64,000 nt of DNA from Pseudonocardiaceae bacterium (GTDB lineage: Bacteria; Actinomycetota; Actinomycetes; Mycobacteriales; Pseudonocardiaceae): positions 976 to 64,975 of the forward strand of contig JBOHGH010000008.1 of NCBI GenBank assembly GCA_050699975.1, in the 5' to 3' direction. The translations under genes and the position numbers were made by a program. Positions 58,173 through 64,000 of this stretch are shown piece after piece. The stretch's first letter is position 1, and every line of letters starts with the position of its first letter. The notes beneath the pieces were generated by a model, which ran no database searches, was not told where the DNA came from, and saw only the letters and a program-made list of their open reading frames with translations.

Positions 58173-59240
58173 ATGACCACCATTGACGTGAAGACCGAGG
58201 GCCGGTCGGCGCGCGAGGTACTCGCGTGGAGCCGAGCTACTATCGAACCCGCCCTGCGCGCGGCGGTCGACACCTTGCCCTCTTCGATGCGGCGCATCGC
58301 CGGCTACCACTTCGGCTGGTGGAACGAGCACGGCCAGCTATACCCGGCCCCAGAAAACGGCACTGGCGGCAAAGCGATCCGCCCCGCGCTGGCACTGCTG
58401 AGCACCCAGGCCGTCGGCGGGGTTCCGACCACCGCGGTACCGGCCGCAGTGGCGGTAGAGCTGGTGCATAACTTCTCGCTCCTGCACGACGACGTACTGG
58501 ACGGTGACGTCACCCGCCGCCACCGCCCTACGGCGTGGAGCGTGTTCGGTCTCAATGCGGCGATCCTGGCCGGCGACGCGCTGCTGACGTTGGCCTTCGA
58601 CGTGCTCGCCGCTAGCGGGCACCCAGCCACCACAGACGCGACACGAATGCTCAGCGCCGCGGTCCAGGATCTGATAGACGGCCAGAGCGCGGACCTGGAT
58701 TTCGAGCAACGCGCGCAGGTCGAGCTGGCCGAGTGCGTGCGTATGGCCGAGCGAAAGACCGGTGCCCTGATTGAGTGCGCCTGCGCGGTGGGCGCCGCAT
58801 TCGGAGGGGGCAGCCCGGGGCAGGTCGAGCATTTCCGCCGCTTCGGAGCGCATCTGGGCTTGGCGTTCCAGCACGTGGACGATCTTCTGGGCATCTGGGG
58901 AGACCCGGCCGTGACCGGCAAGCCCGTCTACTCGGACCTGCGCAGCCGTAAGAAGTCCCTTCCGGTAGTGGCAGCCCTGAACTCAGGCACCCTGACCTCG
59001 GGAACCGTGGCCGAGCCCGAACTGGCCGAGCTCTACCACCGCGAGGCGCCGCTATCCGATACCGACCTGGTTCACGCAGCGAAACTGATCGACATTGCGG
59101 GCGGCCGAGCCTGGAGCCAAACCCAGGTCGATGACCTGCTGGCGCAGGCGATGCGCGACCTGGAATCAGCAAGCCCGACATCCAGAGCCGCCCGAGAGTT
59201 AGACGCGCTGTCCCGGCTGGCCACTCACCGTGACAACTGA
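58173..59240 (+). CDS. Polyprenyl diphosphate synthase (short-chain, FPP/GPP/GGPP class)
   Basis: First Asp-rich motif [10 protein letters not shown], second [13 protein letters not shown]. Phe lies 5 residues before the first motif, as Tyr does in E. coli IspA. Confidence 0.85.
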   Translation: MTTIDVKTEGRSAREVLAWSRATIEPALRAAVDTLPSSMRRIAGYHFGWWNEHGQLYPAPENGTGGKAIRPALALLSTQAVGGVPTTAVPAAVAVELVHNFSLLHDDVLDGDVTRRHRPTAWSVFGLNAAILAGDALLTLAFDVLAASGHPATTDATRMLSAAVQDLIDGQSADLDFEQRAQVELAECVRMAERKTGALIECACAVGAAFGGGSPGQVEHFRRFGAHLGLAFQHVDDLLGIWGDPAVTGKPVYSDLRSRKKSLPVVAALNSGTLTSGTVAEPELAELYHREAPLSDTDLVHAAKLIDIAGGRAWSQTQVDDLLAQAMRDLESASPTSRAARELDALSRLATHRDN

Positions 59241-59269
59241 GCTCCGCCGAGTCGCTAGGAGGCACCCAG

Positions 59270-60229
59270 ATGTCGGTCACCGCAAACAGCCCCGCTGGAG
59301 CCCGCACCGTCCTGCTCGCCTCGCCTCGGTCGTTCTGCGCCGGGGTCGAACGTGCCATTGCCGTCGTGGAGCAACTGCTGGACCAACGGAGCGACCCGAT
59401 CTATGTGCGCAAGCAGATCGTGCACAACATCCACGTGGTGGCCGATCTCCAGGCGCGCGGCGCAGTGTTCGTCGACGAGCTGGACGACGTTCCCGACAAG
59501 GCCACGGTGGTGTTCTCTGCCCACGGGGTGTCACCGGCGGTGCAGGCTGAGGCGGCAGACCGGGGGCTGGAGGTGATCGACGCGACGTGCCCGCTGGTGA
59601 CCAAGGTGCATGCCGAGGCCCGGCGGTTCGCCGCCCGCGGTGACACCGTGGTCCTGATCGGCCACGCCGGGCACGAGGAGGTCGAAGGCACCTTGGGTGA
59701 GGCGCCGGATCAGACGGTTCTGGTGCAGACTGCCGACGAGGTCGCGGAGCTGGAGGTCACCGACCCGGCACGGGTGTCGTATCTGACGCAGACCACCCTG
59801 GCTGCGGACGAGACCACCGAGATCGTCGAGGCGCTGCGGGCCCGGTTCCCGGCGCTGCGGAGCCCGGGGTCCGACGATATCTGTTACGCCACGACGAACC
59901 GCCAGGATGCGCTCAAGGCCATCGCCGAAGAGTCGGATCTGGTGCTCGTGGTCGGTTCGGCGAACTCCTCCAACTCGGTGCGGCTGGTGGAACTCGCGAA
60001 CCGCCACGGCATCCCCAGCTACCTCATCGACGACCCCAGCGACATCCGCCCCGAATGGCTGGACGGGGTTGGGGTGGTCGGGTTGACCGCGGGTGCCTCG
60101 GCCCCACCCCGGCTGGTCGAGGCTGTCATTGCCGCCCTGGCCGAGCTGGGACCGGTCACCGTGGTTGAACGCGAGACCACCCGCGAGACCGTCCACTTCA
60201 CCCTGCCCGCCGCGGTGCGGCGATCGTGA
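59270..60229 (+). CDS. ispH: 4-hydroxy-3-methylbut-2-enyl diphosphate reductase
   Basis: [44 protein letters not shown]. Confidence 0.92.
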   Translation: MSVTANSPAGARTVLLASPRSFCAGVERAIAVVEQLLDQRSDPIYVRKQIVHNIHVVADLQARGAVFVDELDDVPDKATVVFSAHGVSPAVQAEAADRGLEVIDATCPLVTKVHAEARRFAARGDTVVLIGHAGHEEVEGTLGEAPDQTVLVQTADEVAELEVTDPARVSYLTQTTLAADETTEIVEALRARFPALRSPGSDDICYATTNRQDALKAIAEESDLVLVVGSANSSNSVRLVELANRHGIPSYLIDDPSDIRPEWLDGVGVVGLTAGASAPPRLVEAVIAALAELGPVTVVERETTRETVHFTLPAAVRRS

Positions 60230-62016
60230 GCCTGCTCGGCCGCATCACCGGGCCAGCCGACCTCACCGGACTGTCCACCGCGGCTCTTGCTGTGCTGGCC
60301 GAGGAAATCCGCGCCTTTCTGATTGACAAGGTTTCCGGCGCCGGCGGGCACCTGGGACCGAACCTGGGTGCAGTCGAGTTGACCATCGCCGTGCACCGGG
60401 TGTTCGACTCACCCCAGGACGTCCTGCTGTTCGACACCGGGCATCAGGCCTACGTACACAAGATCCTCACCGGCCGGTGCGCCGAGTTCGACTCCCTGCG
60501 CCAAGCCGGCGGTCTGTCCGGCTACCCGTCCCGGGCCGAGTCCGTCCACGACGTCATCGAGAACTCGCACGCCTCCACCGCCCTGTCCTACGCCGACGGC
60601 CTGGCCAAGGCGTTCGCGCTGCGGGGCGGCGCCAACCGGCGGGTCGTCGCGATCGTCGGCGACGGGGCGCTGACCGGCGGCATGTGCTGGGAAGCGCTCA
60701 ACAACATCGGCGCGGCCCCGGACCGGCCCGTGATCGTCGTGCTCAACGACAATGGTCGCTCCTACTCACCCACCGTCGGTGGGCTCGCCCGCCACCTCGC
60801 TGAACTGCGTCAATCCAGTGTGGACCGGCGCACGCTGTTCGAGGATCTCGGGCTGGACTACCTCGGACCGGTCGACGGGCATGACCTCACCGACGTCGAG
60901 AACGCCCTGCGACGGGCCAGCAAGCTGAGCCGTCCCGTCGTGGTGCACTGCATCACCCGCAAGGGCAAGGGGTACCCGCCGGCCGAGCAGGACGAGGTCG
61001 ACTGCCTGCACACCGTCGGCGTCATCGATCCCAGCACCGGCTGCCCCCGCTCGGTCGGCAAGCCGACCTGGACCTCGGTGTTCGCCGAGGAGATCACCGC
61101 GATCGGCGCCGACCGTGACGACGTGGTGTGCCTGACCGCGGCGATGCGCCACCCCACCGGCCTCGGCACCTTCGCCGCGAGGTTCCCGCACCGGGTGTTC
61201 GATGTCGGGATCGCCGAGCAGCACGCCGTCACCTCCGCCGCCGGGCTAGCCCTCGGCGGCCTGCACCCCGTGGTCGCCGTCTACTCCACGTTCTTGAGCC
61301 GGGCCTTCGACCAACTGCTCATGGACGTCGCCCTGCACCAGCTACCGGTCACCTTCGTGCTGGATCGGGCCGGGATCACCGGGCCGGACGGGCCCAGTCA
61401 CCACGGCATGTGGGACGCCTCGGTCCTGCCGGTCGTGCCCGGCCTGCGTCTTGCCGCGCCCCGGGACTGTGCACGGCTGCGCGAACTGCTTCGCGAAGCC
61501 GTCGACACCGCCGACGGGCCCACCGTGATCCGCTACCCGAAGGCCACCGCAGGTCCGGACATCCCCGCCATCGGCAGGGTCGGGCAGTGCGACATCCTCC
61601 GTGACGACCCCGCTGCGGTGGGTTTGCTGGTCGCCGTCGGATCGCTGGCCGGGCCCTGCCTGGCCGCTGCTGATGAGCTCGCCGCCCACGACGTGCCGGT
61701 CACCGTGATCGACCCGCGCTGGATCGCGCCGCTGGACCCGGCTCTGCTCAGGATGGCGGGCGCGCACCGCCTAGTGCTGACCGTCGAGGAAACCACCACC
61801 ACCGGAGCGCTCGGCGCCCGGATCGCCCAGGCGCTGGCCGCGGCCGGAGCGGACACCTGTGCAGCCACCTTCGCCCTGCCGCCCCGGTTCCTGCCGCACG
61901 CCTCGCGCGATCAGATCCTGCGCGCTCACGGCCTGGATGCGGCCGGCATCGCCACCGCCGTCCTCAAACGGCTCGCCAGCACACACCGGGGGAAGGTCAC
62001 TTCCAAGGAGATGTGA
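60226..62016 (+). CDS. dxs: 1-deoxy-D-xylulose-5-phosphate synthase
   Basis: [42 protein letters not shown]. The start overlaps the ispH stop (GTGA). Confidence 0.92.
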   Translation: MSLLGRITGPADLTGLSTAALAVLAEEIRAFLIDKVSGAGGHLGPNLGAVELTIAVHRVFDSPQDVLLFDTGHQAYVHKILTGRCAEFDSLRQAGGLSGYPSRAESVHDVIENSHASTALSYADGLAKAFALRGGANRRVVAIVGDGALTGGMCWEALNNIGAAPDRPVIVVLNDNGRSYSPTVGGLARHLAELRQSSVDRRTLFEDLGLDYLGPVDGHDLTDVENALRRASKLSRPVVVHCITRKGKGYPPAEQDEVDCLHTVGVIDPSTGCPRSVGKPTWTSVFAEEITAIGADRDDVVCLTAAMRHPTGLGTFAARFPHRVFDVGIAEQHAVTSAAGLALGGLHPVVAVYSTFLSRAFDQLLMDVALHQLPVTFVLDRAGITGPDGPSHHGMWDASVLPVVPGLRLAAPRDCARLRELLREAVDTADGPTVIRYPKATAGPDIPAIGRVGQCDILRDDPAAVGLLVAVGSLAGPCLAAADELAAHDVPVTVIDPRWIAPLDPALLRMAGAHRLVLTVEETTTTGALGARIAQALAAAGADTCAATFALPPRFLPHASRDQILRAHGLDAAGIATAVLKRLASTHRGKVTSKEM

Positions 62017-63134
62017 TGACAACTGTCGAACTGGGCATGCCGGCACCACCGAGCCAGCCGGCTCTGCGGCGCCGAGCATCCCGCCAGGTCATGGTCGGCG
62101 GCGTGCCCGTCGGCGGCGACGCACCCGTCTCGGTCCAGTCCATGACCACCACCCGCACCTGCGACATCGACGCCACGCTGCAACAGATCGCCGAGCTCAC
62201 CGCGACCGGTTGCCAGATCGTGCGGGTCGCGGTCCCCAGCCAGGACGACGCCGACGCGCTGGCTGCGATCGCCGCCAAGTCGCAGATCCCGGTCATCGCC
62301 GACATCCACTTCCAACCCCGATACGTCTTCGCCGCCATCGACGCCGGCTGCGCCGCGGTCCGCGTCAACCCCGGCAACATCAAGAAGTTCGACGACAAGG
62401 TCGAACAGATCGCTGCGGCCGCCGCCGGCGCGGGTGTGCCGATCCGCATCGGGGTCAACGCCGGCTCCCTGGACCCCCGGCTGCTGGCCAAACACGGCCA
62501 CGCCACCCCCGAAGCGCTGGTCGAATCCGCGTTGTGGGAATGCTCCCTGTTCGAAGAGCACGGGTTCCGCGACATCAAGATCTCCGTCAAACACCACGAC
62601 CCGCTCGTCATGATCGCCGCCTACCGGCAGCTGGCGCAGCGCTGCGACTACCCGTTACACCTCGGCGTCACCGAGGCTGGACCACGCTTCCAGGGCACCA
62701 TCAAGTCCGCCGTGGCCTTCGGTGTCCTGCTCGCCGAGGGGATCGGCGACACCATCCGGGTGTCGCTGTCCGCCCCACCCGTCGAGGAAGTGAAGGTCGG
62801 CAACCAGATCCTCGAATCCCTCGGCCTGCGCCCCCGCCAACTGGAGATCGTGTCCTGCCCCTCCTGCGGGCGCGCCCAGGTCGACGTCTACACCCTCGCC
62901 GAGCAAGTCACCGCTGCGTTCGACGGCTTCCCCGTCCCGCTGCGCGTCGCCGTCATGGGCTGTGTCGTCAACGGCCCCGGCGAAGCCCGCGAAGCCGACC
63001 TCGGCGTCTCCGCCGGCAACGGCAAGGGCCAGATCTTCGTCCGCGGCAAGGTCATCAAGACCGTCCCGGAAAGCGAGATCGTCCAAACCCTCATCGACGA
63101 AGCCCTCCAAAGAGACTGGTCAAGTCCGTCCTGA
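62013..63134 (+). CDS. ispG: 4-hydroxy-3-methylbut-2-en-1-yl diphosphate synthase (flavodoxin)
   Basis: [44 protein letters not shown] overlap with the dxs stop. Confidence 0.92.
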   Translation: MMTTVELGMPAPPSQPALRRRASRQVMVGGVPVGGDAPVSVQSMTTTRTCDIDATLQQIAELTATGCQIVRVAVPSQDDADALAAIAAKSQIPVIADIHFQPRYVFAAIDAGCAAVRVNPGNIKKFDDKVEQIAAAAAGAGVPIRIGVNAGSLDPRLLAKHGHATPEALVESALWECSLFEEHGFRDIKISVKHHDPLVMIAAYRQLAQRCDYPLHLGVTEAGPRFQGTIKSAVAFGVLLAEGIGDTIRVSLSAPPVEEVKVGNQILESLGLRPRQLEIVSCPSCGRAQVDVYTLAEQVTAAFDGFPVPLRVAVMGCVVNGPGEAREADLGVSAGNGKGQIFVRGKVIKTVPESEIVQTLIDEALQRDWSSPS

Positions 63135-63205
63135 AGGAAGCGAGGTTGATGCCGGATCAACACATCGATGACAGATCAACACAATGCACAGAATGGAGAA
63201 ATATC

Positions 63206-64000
63206 ATGGGTTCTTCTTCGATTCCTACTGGAACGAAGGTCGACGTCTACTTTCTGTCGGATTCTACTGGAAGTATGGGAAGCCAGCTGGATTCGGTGAA
63301 AAAGAACGCGTCGTCGATCTTAGAGAAGGTGCGCGCGACGGGGGCCGACGTGCAGTTCGGGGTCGGCAACTACAAAGACTTCAGCGACGGTGGCAAGGTC
63401 TTCAGCCCGCAGCAGACCGTGACAGCGGATCTCGGGTCGGTCGCCACGGCCATCAACGAGTGGGACGCCGGTGGTGGAGGCCATGACATCCCTGAGGCTC
63501 AGCTGTATGCCCTCGATCAGCTGGCAACCCGGGACGACATCGGTTGGCGGTCTGGGGCACAGCGCATCGTGGTCTGGTTCGGTGACGCCCCCGGCCATGA
63601 CCCGATCTGTAAAGCCATCTCCGGCTTGTCGTATGACATCACCGAGGAGTCGGTTACCCGCAAGCTCAAGGACCAGCGCATCCGGGTGGCTGCCTTGAGC
63701 ACCCCCTCGGGGTTGGATCACGATCCCCGAAAGTCCGCACAGAGCTACGTGTCCCAGTGCGGTGAACCTGGGGGGAGACCGGGTCAGGCGACCAGGATCG
63801 CGACAGCGACCGGGGGTTCCCACACCACAGGTGTCGGCACCGACGCGATCGCGGACACCATCGTCGAGCGGGTGCACACCCAGATCAGCCATGCCCCACT
63901 GCGCGGGCCGCTCCTCAGCTGGGGCGCGCATGACTGCGGAGCACTCGGGCACGGCAACCAGAACCGGAACGTTCCTGTTGGGGTGGACGGTGACCTGACC
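63206..64000 (+). CDS. vWA (MIDAS) domain protein with C-terminal RCC1-type repeats; 3' end beyond the window
   Basis: Not in the supplied ORF track because it is open at the window end. My own translation from ATG 63206 (ggagaa 6 nt upstream): MGSSSIPTGTKVDVYFLSDSTGSMGSQLD... (DxSxS MIDAS)...VVWFGDAPGHD...WGAHDCGALGHGNQNRNVPVGV (RCC1-like). No stop in 265 codons. Confidence 0.65.
   Translation, partial: MGSSSIPTGTKVDVYFLSDSTGSMGSQLDSVKKNASSILEKVRATGADVQFGVGNYKDFSDGGKVFSPQQTVTADLGSVATAINEWDAGGGGHDIPEAQLYALDQLATRDDIGWRSGAQRIVVWFGDAPGHDPICKAISGLSYDITEESVTRKLKDQRIRVAALSTPSGLDHDPRKSAQSYVSQCGEPGGRPGQATRIATATGGSHTTGVGTDAIADTIVERVHTQISHAPLRGPLLSWGAHDCGALGHGNQNRNVPVGVDGDLT

Overview
High-GC (about 70%) actinobacterial chromosomal segment; I cannot name the genus. 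No rRNA or CRISPR array was seen, and there is one tRNA. Most very long ORFs in the track are antisense shadows of real genes. Layout: (1) 0.3-12 kb: a TetR regulator, a truncated NmrA-like gene with an ISL3 remnant, a GlcD-like FAD oxidase, then a tight FabH-ACP-KS-acyl-CoA oxidase-thioesterase-FAH-carboxyltransferase operon followed by ilvE. (2) 12-17 kb: XRE-cupin regulator, azlCD, a small LuxR, a frameshifted Bcr-type MFS gene and an HD-hydrolase pseudogene. (3) 17.1-18.5 kb: five tandem small single-pass membrane proteins. (4) 18.6-27.9 kb: an accessory, island-like block bounded by transposase and integrase remnants and by tRNA-Ser(UGA). It holds a 1346-aa TIR-STAND NTPase-TM-14xWD40 protein, about 2 kb of decayed sequence, an HFCD flavoprotein and an XRE regulator. 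(5) 28-36 kb: housekeeping-type genes, including the proteasome activator Bpa and a protealysin/emfourin pair. (6) 36-46 kb: an arabinogalactan-type cell-wall locus (ABC-2 exporter, GlfT1-like GT2, two Emb arabinosyltransferases, GtrA). (7) 46-50.6 kb: a carotenoid-cleavage-type dioxygenase, a TetR and an AAA-LuxR regulator. (8) 50.6-63.1 kb: a co-directional terpene locus. Two cNMP-binding EshA-like / Family 2B encapsulin-type shell paralogs bracket geosmin synthase, a 2-MIB-type cyclase and GPP methyltransferase, followed by a polyprenyl synthase and extra ispH, dxs and ispG. (9) 63.2 kb to the window end: a vWA-RCC1 protein, open at the window edge and absent from the ORF track. Best candidates for follow-up: the double-shell terpene locus with its repeated [10 protein letters not shown] motif, the TIR-STAND-TM-WD40 protein with near-identical 138-bp repeats, and the five-gene small membrane protein array.
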